IMG/VR virus record: IMGVR_UViG_3300016649_000355
DNA from: a virus
Lineage: Duplodnaviria > Caudoviricetes
Direction: 5' to 3' (one strand)
DNA length: 64,000 nt
Shown: in pieces, positions 48,604 to 58,900 of the stretch
How the letters are laid out: each line of letters opens with the position of its first letter
Numbering within the stretch: position 1 is the stretch's first letter
Made by a program: the position numbers and the translations under genes
Notes under the pieces: generated by a model
Told to the model about the DNA's origin: nothing
The model's input: only the letters and a program-made list of their open reading frames with translations
The model's database searches: none

Positions 48604-49616
48604 AGATTTCTATAGATGTCCAACAATAATTTTGGATCATAAAACTTGCTCTCAATGTTCTTAATTTGATCTAGTATTATCTGATCAACTGACTCAAATT
48701 TCAACTCGCTTGGGGCAAGATCCATTGCATGCTGTTCGTTCTTCATTGGGATCAATGCCATCTCACGCAATTCATGCTTTGGGATCAGTGTTTCCCGGAT
48801 ATAGTTTGCTTCTTCATAACTGATGTCAATGTCTAAATGTACCCTAACATGACTATCTTTGACTAGATATCCATCAGGATTTTCTAACACTTCGCTTAAT
48901 TTATAGACACGGAATAACGGTTGATTGGGCCAGCTATGAAATACGGGATCTTTATCCCATTCTAATATCATCATTCCCCGTTGATCATCACCCGCATCCG
49001 CATAATTGTGCGGGAAAGCGTTTCCGATATACCAGACATTCTTCCTGCATTGGCGTTTATGAAAATGCCCACTGAATACCTGATCAAAGCCTGACAACTG
49101 ATCAGCGTTGAGTTCTCCGTGATCTGGCATCTCAACCATTGCGTTCATATAAAAGTGTGGAAGTTCTAGGTGAGCAAATAGATATTTTCCACCCATCTTT
49201 TGTAATTTTTTATAATCATCCTGCACTAACCAGGGAGCGATCACAACATCCCCGTCACGCAACCAGTCATTGACAATGACAACATTTGGTAGATGTTTAG
49301 CCCATTCAACACTATGAATATCACGGCGATCCCTGTAATATAGATCGTGATTGCCCGGAATAAAATATACCCGTTCAAAGTTATCATTTAATTTTTCTAG
49401 TGCATTCAATCCAAATTGTAATGTATGAATATTGATGCTTGCCCTGTGATGATTGTAATCACCTAAGAACAAACATGTTTCACACCCCTCACTTTTAGCT
49501 TTTGATATGAACCAATCTACAAAATTAGCACAATCATTGTTATGAACTAGAGAATTAGACTTCAATCCAAAGTGTATATCCGTAAATACTGCTGCTTTTT
49601 TAAAAAGTTTACTCAT
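48600..49616 (-). CDS. gp47: Recombination endonuclease nuclease subunit (gp47/SbcD/Mre11-like)
   Basis: Metallophosphoesterase motifs FTDIHFG, LGDYNH, IPGNHD, AHLE and SGHFH. Confidence 0.95.
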   Translation of the reverse strand: MSKLFKKAAVFTDIHFGLKSNSLVHNNDCANFVDWFISKAKSEGCETCLFLGDYNHHRASINIHTLQFGLNALEKLNDNFERVYFIPGNHDLYYRDRRDIHSVEWAKHLPNVVIVNDWLRDGDVVIAPWLVQDDYKKLQKMGGKYLFAHLELPHFYMNAMVEMPDHGELNADQLSGFDQVFSGHFHKRQCRKNVWYIGNAFPHNYADAGDDQRGMMILEWDKDPVFHSWPNQPLFRVYKLSEVLENPDGYLVKDSHVRVHLDIDISYEEANYIRETLIPKHELREMALIPMKNEQHAMDLAPSELKFESVDQIILDQIKNIESKFYDPKLLLDIYRNL

Positions 49617-49662
49617 CTAGGTTATGTTACACGCTTTCTATATTGATGTTCAACATTTTTGG

Positions 49663-50535
49663 TTATTCTTCATAAGTGCTGCTACTTGAATACTGACGGC
49701 TCCAGCTTGGGTTCAACCCATTGATCTCTAAGATATCGTCACGGATATTTTGATTTCTTTTCTCTGTGTTCAACACACGGCAGAAACTGTTAGTGATAGC
49801 CGCAGTGTAATATGCGAATGGATTAGCTGATTTGGCTTCATTGAATCGCAAACCCACATATGTCAATTGAAGTATAGCACTATTACGCATCTCATCGTTA
49901 TATGTGTAACCACGCCAGTTAAACTTCATGGCATATTTTTCACAAAGCATGATATACATTTTTGCCAATTTGTTAGTAATATTTCCATGATCTTTGCTGA
50001 AAGATCCTGTTTGTAGATCACCTTGCCAATGACTCTTGCCTACGCAATAGAATGATCCATTGTCATCGATCTTGTAATGTTGGAAAGGTGGAAAATTTAC
50101 CTTGACATGAACCATATCATCTACTTCCCCCGCTGTGGTTGGATCTTCTAGATCGGCGAATATTTCTTCTAAATCCGGTTCTTCGAATTCTAAAATATCT
50201 TTGGCTGTTTTTTTCTTCACGACCTTTCTAGGTTGTTTTGGGCTAACGGGAATATGTTCCCATGTCATGATTCGGAAAACTAGATCGGTATTCTTTACTT
50301 CTGAGACATCGATTCCTAATCGATTCGCCCTGATTTCGCGGGCTTGTTGAATAGTTTCTGGTTTGCATGCATATTCAAAGCTTTTGATCAGATCCTCTTG
50401 GGGAAGATCAACAATAAAATCATATCGATTATATTCTTTATCAGTGAAATAGCAATAAGAGTTTTTGCTTTCGTGGATTTCTTTTAAGATATCCTTATTA
50501 TTTAAATAATTTACTTTTTTGGTTGTTGTAGACAT
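49663..50535 (-). CDS. gp55: Late-transcription sigma factor (gp55-like)
   Basis: VNYLNNKDIL N-terminus; NWRGYTYNDEM and FNEAKSANPFAYYT..I.NSF.R....EK C-terminal core. Confidence 0.88.
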   Translation of the reverse strand: MSTTTKKVNYLNNKDILKEIHESKNSYCYFTDKEYNRYDFIVDLPQEDLIKSFEYACKPETIQQAREIRANRLGIDVSEVKNTDLVFRIMTWEHIPVSPKQPRKVVKKKTAKDILEFEEPDLEEIFADLEDPTTAGEVDDMVHVKVNFPPFQHYKIDDNGSFYCVGKSHWQGDLQTGSFSKDHGNITNKLAKMYIMLCEKYAMKFNWRGYTYNDEMRNSAILQLTYVGLRFNEAKSANPFAYYTAAITNSFCRVLNTEKRNQNIRDDILEINGLNPSWSRQYSSSSTYEE

Positions 50536-50623
50536 ACTTTCCTTTAAAATTTGAAAAATTATAACATGCTTTGTAACAGAATTACAAGCTAACGGGAAAG
50601 AAAAAAGGGAAAAACTACGCCTT

Positions 50624-51046
50624 TTATTTATCTCTTAGGATTTTTTGACCCTGCGCTATAAACTTATCTAACTGCTCAACTGACATATTCTTAGCCATCT
50701 CAACTACCTGACTTGCTTTTAAATATCTTTCTGTGTCATCTCGATGCCAGACATTTTCCATTACTGTAGTCCATTCCAGATTGTCTACTTTATTATTTTT
50801 TTTATTTTTATCTTTGTGATTGACAACTAGTGCCTTGTTCACAGTCGGTATGAACACTTCAGCAACTAATCTATGAATATAACTAGTGTATCGTTTTTTA
50901 CCATCGGATAGGCAGACTAACTCATATCCGTGATTGTTGGTACAAACCTTTAACAATCTGTTCTTCCCTTTTTTGATAGACCTTACCTTACCGTAACTAC
51001 TAACCTCATAATTTGGTATTCGTTCAAGGGTTTTCCATACTTCCAT
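50624..51046 (-). CDS. NUMOD4-HNH homing endonuclease
   Basis: EVWK...NYEVSSYGKVRS (NUMOD4) and HRLVAEVFI...VNHKDKNKKNNKVDNLEW (HNH). The start is placed at ATG 51046, following an AAGGA RBS. Confidence 0.88.
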   Translation of the reverse strand: MEVWKTLERIPNYEVSSYGKVRSIKKGKNRLLKVCTNNHGYELVCLSDGKKRYTSYIHRLVAEVFIPTVNKALVVNHKDKNKKNNKVDNLEWTTVMENVWHRDDTERYLKASQVVEMAKNMSVEQLDKFIAQGQKILRDK

Positions 51047-51063
51047 TGCCATTCCTTTATTTT

Positions 51064-51077
51064 TATTTATATAAATA
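51064..51077. promoter_or_regulatory. Palindromic bidirectional late promoter (TATAAATA on both strands)
   Basis: TATTTATATAAATA is a perfect 14-bp palindrome between the HNH gene and the baseplate operon; an extra TAAATA lies at 51111-51116. Confidence 0.7.
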
Positions 51078-51138
51078 TTTTGTTGATTAAACACTGATAT
51101 TTTAAAACACTAAATATAAGTAAGGATAATAAGATAAT

Positions 51139-52791
51139 ATGGCAACCCTTCTTGAACAATCAATAGAATATCAAAAACGAGAGATAGCTCAATTAGAGGC
51201 TCAGCAAGCGCAGCTTGAGCAGGCCAGCAGCCAACTTTTCAACAGATACCGTGACGCTAGAAGTGCCTTAAATGCAGCCAAAGCCAATCCTGCTACGCCA
51301 CCCGCAACATTGAATCAACTTCAGCAAGCATTTGATAATGTAGCGGCAGAAAGAGAAACAGCTAATGATAACTTAGAATCTACAAGTGCTAGATTAGATA
51401 GACTAAGACAAGCACTATCAAACAATGAAGCAAAATTATCAGATCCGGCAAATAACACTTCACTAGCAACTTCTGGAAATACCACATCTGACCCTGGCAC
51501 TAATCCACAGATCAATGCACAGGCTACGGCACAGGCAAATGCACAATCAGGTACGATACCTCCAAACCAAGAGGCAACACCTACCCCACCGCCCGTTCCT
51601 ACCCAAGACCCTGCAATTACCTCAACCACTGCTGGCACCGTTGAAAACAGCACGCCCGTCGAACTCGATCTTGAAACCGGCGAGGTTACCGATCAACCCT
51701 TCATATCAAATAGCGAAGAAATTGAGCTTGATCTTGAAGAACCCACAGATGAACAGATTCAAAATGAAGACAATCCCACTACTAATCCTTTTGATAGGGA
51801 TACGGATACGATAGATCCAACAGAAGAACAGATTCAAAACGAAGATAATCCCACTGCCGATCCATATGATCGTGATACTGACATCGGAGTATTGACCGAA
51901 GAAGATATACAAGAACAAGACAATCCAGGGTACACCGCAAAAGGAAGTGGTCGTGGATTACAGGGAGCTGAAACTAGAACTAGGGAACAAGCTACGGCAC
52001 AAGATGTTGCAAACTTCAAGCAAAGAGAAGACTGGCGTGTTAGATTAGCCTTAGCTCCAAACGCATCATATCTGTATAAAGACACCAATAACACATTGTT
52101 AAAGCCTTTGCGCGACACTGATGGAATTATCTTCCCCTACACACCTAGCATAAGCGTACAATATAATGCAACTTATGATCAATCAGTATTGACTCATAGC
52201 AATTATAAAATATTTCAGTATACGGGAAGTTCTGTAGATAGTGTTACTATAGGGTGTGACTTTACTGCACAAGATACATTTGAAGCAAATTATCTCATGG
52301 CAGTGATACATTTCCTACGATCAGTGACAAAAATGTTTTACGGTAAAGATCAGGACCCTAAACCCGGAGTTCCTCCTCCCTTGTGTTATTTGACCGGGCT
52401 TGGTGCATTTCAATTTGACGCACATCCATTAGCGATCACGAGTTTTAATTATCAATTACCCACTGATGTGGACTATATACGGGCGGGGACTATTAATTCT
52501 GGCGCAGGGGTGAATAGATCGTCGGCAAGCACCCCCAACAACTCGCAAGTGACATCTACAAACAGATTGGGAACACAACTTCAACCCGGGGGTATAGGAA
52601 GAGCAGCAGTGTTTCAATCTGAACCTGCAGGAACTACAGAACCTACATATGTACCTACAAAAATGAATATACAAATATCAGCTATACCAATCGTGTCAAG
52701 GAATGATATAAGCAATAACTTTAGTTTGAAAAAGTATGCCACTGGTGAGTTGTTGAGGGGAACTAGAAGAAAAGCGGGAGGTATCTGGTAA
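51139..52791 (+). CDS. Baseplate / tail-tube initiator protein (gp48/gp54-like) with an N-terminal low-complexity extension
   Basis: C-terminal DWRVRL...GIIFPYTPSI..Y.ATY....LTHSNY...FTAQ...EANYLMAVIHFLRSVTKMFYG..PPPL tube-fold region. Confidence 0.7.
   Translation: MATLLEQSIEYQKREIAQLEAQQAQLEQASSQLFNRYRDARSALNAAKANPATPPATLNQLQQAFDNVAAERETANDNLESTSARLDRLRQALSNNEAKLSDPANNTSLATSGNTTSDPGTNPQINAQATAQANAQSGTIPPNQEATPTPPPVPTQDPAITSTTAGTVENSTPVELDLETGEVTDQPFISNSEEIELDLEEPTDEQIQNEDNPTTNPFDRDTDTIDPTEEQIQNEDNPTADPYDRDTDIGVLTEEDIQEQDNPGYTAKGSGRGLQGAETRTREQATAQDVANFKQREDWRVRLALAPNASYLYKDTNNTLLKPLRDTDGIIFPYTPSISVQYNATYDQSVLTHSNYKIFQYTGSSVDSVTIGCDFTAQDTFEANYLMAVIHFLRSVTKMFYGKDQDPKPGVPPPLCYLTGLGAFQFDAHPLAITSFNYQLPTDVDYIRAGTINSGAGVNRSSASTPNNSQVTSTNRLGTQLQPGGIGRAAVFQSEPAGTTEPTYVPTKMNIQISAIPIVSRNDISNNFSLKKYATGELLRGTRRKAGGIW
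51742..51930 (+). repeat. Three imperfect 75-nt (25-aa) acidic repeats
   Basis: TDEQIQNEDNP / TEEQIQNEDNP / TEEDIQEQDNP, spaced 75 nt apart. Confidence 0.8.
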
Positions 52792-53099
52792 TGGCAAATT
52801 CGATCTATCCTGCAACTAGTCCTTACTACAACACCGGTGTAGTGAATGGCAAGTTTTTAGATATCATGGTAAACAGACCTATACCAATGCTACCGTCTGA
52901 CATCTATTATGTTATACCTCCTGTATACGAGTTTAGACCTGACATGCTCGCATATGACTTATATACTGATCCCAGATTGTGGTGGGTCTTTGCCCAACGA
53001 AATCCTAATAGACTTAAAGATCCATATTTTGATTTTGTGGGCGGTCTTGGAATTTATGTTCCTAAATTAGAGACACTAAGACAAGTTTTAGGAATCTAA
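52791..53099 (+). CDS. Baseplate wedge protein (gp53-like, LysM-like)
   Basis: FRPDMLAYDLYTDPRLWWVFAQRN motif. Confidence 0.85.
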   Translation: MANSIYPATSPYYNTGVVNGKFLDIMVNRPIPMLPSDIYYVIPPVYEFRPDMLAYDLYTDPRLWWVFAQRNPNRLKDPYFDFVGGLGIYVPKLETLRQVLGI

Positions 53100-55955
53100 A
53101 TGGCAAAAATATATGAAGTGCAATCTTTAGACATTGGTGGAAGACTGTTTGCCATTTCGGCACAGCTAGATACTGAAACTGGAAATATTTTAGCTCAAGT
53201 ATCAGTTGATGGTGTTCCGGGAGCAGCCGGTGAAGAATCTATTGATGCTAAAATTCAAAGAGCAGCTGGATTACCTGCCCCATATAACGGGCCTTTAGTT
53301 CAAGCATTGGAGGGAATTAAATCAACCCTTCAGGCACAAAATACGGCATTACAACCTGAGAATGTTGGCACCGATCCGGGTGCCCCTGAAAATACCAACA
53401 CTGAACAACAGAACAAAGAATATGCTGCTAGCGGATCAGCAGACGACGATAAGAATCCCCAAACAACGCCTGAAGTAACTCCATATACACAATCAACTAC
53501 CAGTCAGACTAATTCTACGCCCGGTGAAATTTCTTCTAATAATGCTGGAACAACGGTTGCGGGAAAATCCGGTACACAGGCTAATCCACAGGCACAGGAA
53601 AAACCAGGCAATAGATTGTTCAATCCTCTTGGATACTTATCGAGTTATAATTATCAAATTACCCTATATATGATAACTCCTGATGCATATGATGCGTTCA
53701 TACAGGGAGGCAGGAAAAATATCAATGCGATTCAAAATCCAGGAAATACAAACGCTGCTGCGTCATTGGCAAATAGTCAAGCCGGCGCGTTCATCATTGC
53801 GCAGTCCGGGGGAGTTAATAACTCGTTTGACCGCAGAGCCCCAGGGTTCGATGTAGACTTTTATATAGACGAATTGAAATTTACAACTATTACTAATAGC
53901 AAATCTCAATCTGCATCTGCATTTCAAACTAACATTTCTTTTAATATCTACGAACCATATGGATTTTCTTTTATCACGAAGTTGAGGGAAGCTAATCAGG
54001 CTTTACAAAAATATACAAGTACTGTTAAGAATTTTAAAAATGTTGTTAATGCTTTAAGACAATTTTTTGTTTTAGGAATAAGGTTTTATGGTTATGACAG
54101 GGCGGGAAATTTAGTCAAGGGCAATGAAACTATAAATGGACAACCGTTAGATCCTACAAGTAATGGACAATCATTATTTGAAAAATATTTTGATATAGAA
54201 ATTACTGATTTCAAATTTAAGATTGATGGTAAGGCAACCACCTATTATGTAAAAGCAGCACAAAAATCTGCCCGCACTGCCTTCGGAATCAAAAGAGGTA
54301 GATTGGATAATGGTGTAACAGTAGCAGCGAGCAATGTCACTGAAGCACTATCAGACTCCAGCCCCAACGGTTTATTGGCTAAATTGAATGACACGCAACA
54401 AAAACTATTAGCAGCTAAAAATATAGAGATTCCAAATGTGTATAAGGTTAGATGGGTAACTGGTACAGAGGATATACAAAAAGCTAACCTTGTTACGCAG
54501 GCAGACATAGATAAAGCGAAAAAGCCAATGGCCCCGGTAGCATCGACCACACAAGTAAATGATGCCACGGCAGCAAAAGCTAGCCCCGATCTAACAAAAC
54601 AAACAATCGCATTCAAGAATGATACTTCTATTATTCAAGCGATAGATCAAATCATAGCTCAGAGTTCTTTCTTGACTGACGCATTAAAAGCCGTAGCGAA
54701 AGCTAATGAGCCACCTGATCCAAACAATCCTGAAAAATACAAGGAAAATTTAGATAGTCCCAAATATATATCTTGGTATAATTTAAGTTCGGAAGTTAAG
54801 TGTCTGGGTTTTGATACAGTCGTGGGAGATTGGGCATACGAGATTACCTATGTGATTCAACCATATATAACTCCTATCGTTGTGAGTCCATATGCTAATC
54901 CGGGCGGTAAATATTATGGTCCTCATAAACGGTATGATTATTGGTACACAGGACAAAATAGGGAAATATTATCCTATGAACAGCAAATGAATACAGGATA
55001 TTTCACTGTTACAGTAGCAGGGTTAGATGTCAAAGCACAGCAAGGGCAGGGAGGCGCGACACAGGTACCCACTGTTCCTAATAAGAGAAATGACGAGTCA
55101 AGGATAGGCAGCAATGACCAAGGATTGGAGGCACAGAATAGCTATAGAACAAGTTTATATGATCCCGGGGCATATGCAAAGTCAAAAATCACTATTTTAG
55201 GCGATCCTGATTTTTTGATGGATACATCACCGACGGCAGCAAATGCAGTCTATAGTCAATTCTATAAGGGTGATGGACTAACGATCAATCCTAACGGGGG
55301 TCAAGTGTTTGTGGAAATTGATTTTAAAGAAGCAGTCGATTATCAACATAGCAAAGGTTATTTAAATTTAAATGACAGCATATTATTTTGGCCCTATCCT
55401 CCCGAGATAGCGAAGGTCGTAAAGGGTGTGAGTTTTCAGGTATTGCAAGTCAACAGTGATTTTAGTAAGGGCAAATTTACTCAGACCCTAGACCTCTTTA
55501 TCAATCAATTCTCTGATACTAAAAAAACAAGTAATACTATTGATTCAGGAAGACCTGATTTTATTGGGGAATCATATGCAGTTCCTGGAACCGTTCCCGA
55601 TCTTGTGGGAGAATCATATGCAGTTCCCGGAACAATACCGCAGAATACCAATACTGGCCTCAAACCCGATCCTGCTGTACAAGCGTCCAGCAACGAGACC
55701 GCTATACAAAGTTCATTAGAGTCTTCAAATCAAAGCGTGCCTTCGAACGACCCTAATTTTAATCCTACCCTTACTCCAGTGACCTCGCCTGCTAGGATCG
55801 TGACAAATAATGCTGCTGAAAATACAGGAGCGGTACAAACGGGAAGTGGCGGGAATAATCCTTCTCCCAGCATAGTAAACGACGACGATGCAGTGAGTAG
55901 CAATCCAACTAGTCCGGGATTATCAGGCAGTTCGTATGATGGAGGAAGAGATTAA
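53100..55955 (+). CDS. Baseplate hub protein (gp27-like)
   Basis: 951 aa between gp53 and gp5: NPL..LSSYNYQITL, IYEPYGFSFI and KITILGDPDFL...F.Q.L. Confidence 0.65.
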   Translation: MAKIYEVQSLDIGGRLFAISAQLDTETGNILAQVSVDGVPGAAGEESIDAKIQRAAGLPAPYNGPLVQALEGIKSTLQAQNTALQPENVGTDPGAPENTNTEQQNKEYAASGSADDDKNPQTTPEVTPYTQSTTSQTNSTPGEISSNNAGTTVAGKSGTQANPQAQEKPGNRLFNPLGYLSSYNYQITLYMITPDAYDAFIQGGRKNINAIQNPGNTNAAASLANSQAGAFIIAQSGGVNNSFDRRAPGFDVDFYIDELKFTTITNSKSQSASAFQTNISFNIYEPYGFSFITKLREANQALQKYTSTVKNFKNVVNALRQFFVLGIRFYGYDRAGNLVKGNETINGQPLDPTSNGQSLFEKYFDIEITDFKFKIDGKATTYYVKAAQKSARTAFGIKRGRLDNGVTVAASNVTEALSDSSPNGLLAKLNDTQQKLLAAKNIEIPNVYKVRWVTGTEDIQKANLVTQADIDKAKKPMAPVASTTQVNDATAAKASPDLTKQTIAFKNDTSIIQAIDQIIAQSSFLTDALKAVAKANEPPDPNNPEKYKENLDSPKYISWYNLSSEVKCLGFDTVVGDWAYEITYVIQPYITPIVVSPYANPGGKYYGPHKRYDYWYTGQNREILSYEQQMNTGYFTVTVAGLDVKAQQGQGGATQVPTVPNKRNDESRIGSNDQGLEAQNSYRTSLYDPGAYAKSKITILGDPDFLMDTSPTAANAVYSQFYKGDGLTINPNGGQVFVEIDFKEAVDYQHSKGYLNLNDSILFWPYPPEIAKVVKGVSFQVLQVNSDFSKGKFTQTLDLFINQFSDTKKTSNTIDSGRPDFIGESYAVPGTVPDLVGESYAVPGTIPQNTNTGLKPDPAVQASSNETAIQSSLESSNQSVPSNDPNFNPTLTPVTSPARIVTNNAAENTGAVQTGSGGNNPSPSIVNDDDAVSSNPTSPGLSGSSYDGGRD

Positions 55956-58900
55956 TGGCACAAGATGAATTTTTGCCGCGTGGCTCTACAAAAGCCAGCA
56001 AACCCACGGCCGGTGGTGCAAACATACGATCAGTACCTGTAATAGGCATCGTAAAAAATAATATAGACCCTATCAAGGCAGGCCGTATACAAGTATATCT
56101 ACTAGATAATAGCGGAACAGACCCCGATAATTCTGAAAATTGGAAAACAGTAAACTTCCTCTCTACCTTCTTTGGATTCACATCCGGTAGCGCAGCAAAC
56201 GAAGGTTATGGTACATACACAAAGAATCCAACAGCTTACGGTCAATGGAATAGTCCTCCCGATATCGGAACTAGGGTGTTATGCATTTTTGTAAACGGTG
56301 ATGAAAATTATGGTTATTACATAGGCTGTATTCCAGAACCTGAGACACTTTTTATGGTTCCTGCAATCGGCGCTACTGAAAATATCGTAGCTAATGAGGG
56401 TGAAGCTCAGAGTTACGGTGGTGCTACAAAATTACCGGTCAGTAGTTTAAATGTAAACAATCAAGGAATCAACGATAATCCGTCTTTTTTAAAAGAAGCG
56501 AGACCTGTACATAGCTATGCTGCAAGCGTGATGTTTCAGCAAGGTATATTGCGTGATCCTATAAGGGGAGCGATATCAAGTTCATCACAGCGAGAAACTC
56601 CTAGCAGGGTAGGCTGGGGAGTAAGCACTCCAGGCAGACCTATATATGAGGGAGGTTTCACGGATGAATCAGCAGTACAGAATTTAGATTCACCAAATCC
56701 AAAACAACTTAAAATCATTTCCCGGCGAGCAGGACATACTATTGTCATGGATGATGGGGACCAGATAGGTAGGGACCAGTTGGTTCGCATCAGGACAGCA
56801 ATGGGTCATCAGATTTTAATGAGCGATGATGGACAGTGTTTGTTCATATTACACAGCAATGGACAATCTTGGATAGAATTAGGAAAAGAAGGCACTATTG
56901 ATATGTATGCTACAAATAGTGTCAATATAAGGACTCAGGGTGATCTTAACCTGCATGCTGATAATAATATCAATTTACATGCTAAGAAAAATTTCAATTT
57001 GCAAGCAGAAAATATCAATGTAAACACTGAAAAAGAATACAAACAACGGGTGGGAACAAATTATCTCAACTACACAATGGGCAAATATATGCACAAAGTA
57101 GATGGCACCATGAGCTGGGATAGCAAGGGCGTTGCATCCTATGCAAGCAGTGATGTAACATATATCAATGGGTCTAAGATAAATCTCAATACTGGCTCTA
57201 CCAGCGCGGTGCCTGAAGTTGTTCCTCCTATTCCAGTCATAGCGCATACTGACACATTGTTCGATCAAACTAAAGGATTTATAGCAGCGCCCGCTAAATT
57301 GATAAGCATAACATCGAGGACCCCCGCACATCAGCCTTGGGTAAATTCAGGACAGGGAGTAGATGTAAAAGTTAGCTTGAACGCAAGTTCAGAATTACCC
57401 TCACCACCTAGCGCATCTGTTACTGCGTTGAACTCTGCTAGCCAAGGTGCTGCCACGGCTACTCCAACCGTGGCTTCATCAGCAACGGTTCCAGGCAGCA
57501 TACCGATTAGTTCTGCATTGGATAAGGCAACTACAAGCACACTTGTTAGTGCAGCAGCGACATCAGCAGCAGCAGGACCCGCTGCATCTGCTATAGCTAA
57601 GGGTGCGGGTATAGTTAATACCGCACAAGGAGCCATAGCAGTAGTAGGTTCTACCGCTTTAAATCCAAAACAATTACAAACGGCCGGCATACTCAAGCCC
57701 GGAGCAGCAACATTGATCAATGGATTGACGCAGGGTGGTGCCAATGTCAACGCAGCCATGACTACGAATTTATTTACAGGAAAACCCGGGGCAGAATCAT
57801 TGTCATCTTTAGTACAAAATCCTGCTGGGCAGGTAAACGCAACTGTAGTGAATCTTCAAAAGGCACAGACTGCACTTACATCATCAGGCGTACTCACAGG
57901 AAAAGAAGCTCCCGGCGCGATAGCAGGAGTTGTTAATGCTGCGTCAAGTCTTGGAGTAACGCCAACATTAGATGCCCTCAAAACAGTAGCAGGTAATCCT
58001 AACGCAGTTTCTTCGTTGATACCTTCTAGTAAATCATTAGGGGCAGTAAGTCAAGCAGTCAGTACCGGCAATTTCGCAGCTGGATTAGCAACAAATGTAA
58101 CTGGAGGATTGGGCGCTGTTGCAGGAGCATTGGCGGCTAAATCGGGAGGCGTACCCGGATTGTCAGGCGCCATCGATCAAGCGAAAGGTCTTGCAGGTTC
58201 AGCATTCGCTGCAATTGCATCTTCATTCCAACCACTCAAAGCAGGAGTACCGCAAAATCTTGGGGCTATCGCGGGGGCAGCGGCTGAGAAAGTTGCATCT
58301 GAAGCAGCAAGTCCACTAAGTGGAGGTAGCCTACCTAAACTATCAGTGCCATCGATTGGGAGTCTAGGTTCGGGATTGATTCCAACTGCGGGGGGAGTAA
58401 CAGGAATATCTAGCACTATTGCTAGTGGACTATCATCACTACCGGGAGGACAAAGTGCAATCTCATCGGTATTTAATAATGCACCCGGTGTGAAGTACCA
58501 ATTGCCCGGTGGAGAGGGTGTAAGTAATCTTGTTAAAAATGCATCAACATCCGCATTGAATAATATATCATTAGGCAAAGCAGCCACATCGGGACTAACA
58601 AGCGCATTGAGTACAGCAGGAGGAGGATTAAATGTTGGATCATTGCAGTCATCTGTTGGTTCATTAGCGGGATCATTAACCGGCGGACTGGATAAATTAA
58701 AATCAGGATCAGGTAGTTTAGCATCTTTAGCACTATCAGGGATACCTGCAGGAATCGCAGCACAGATGAATTCTGCATTGAGTTCATTGAGTTCAGGTGG
58801 AAGTTTACCGATCAAAGTACCTGCAGTTGCTATTAATACCACCAATAGAGATGAGATAGGAGCTAGTGTTACTTCAACTTTAGGGGACGCTAAAATTCCT

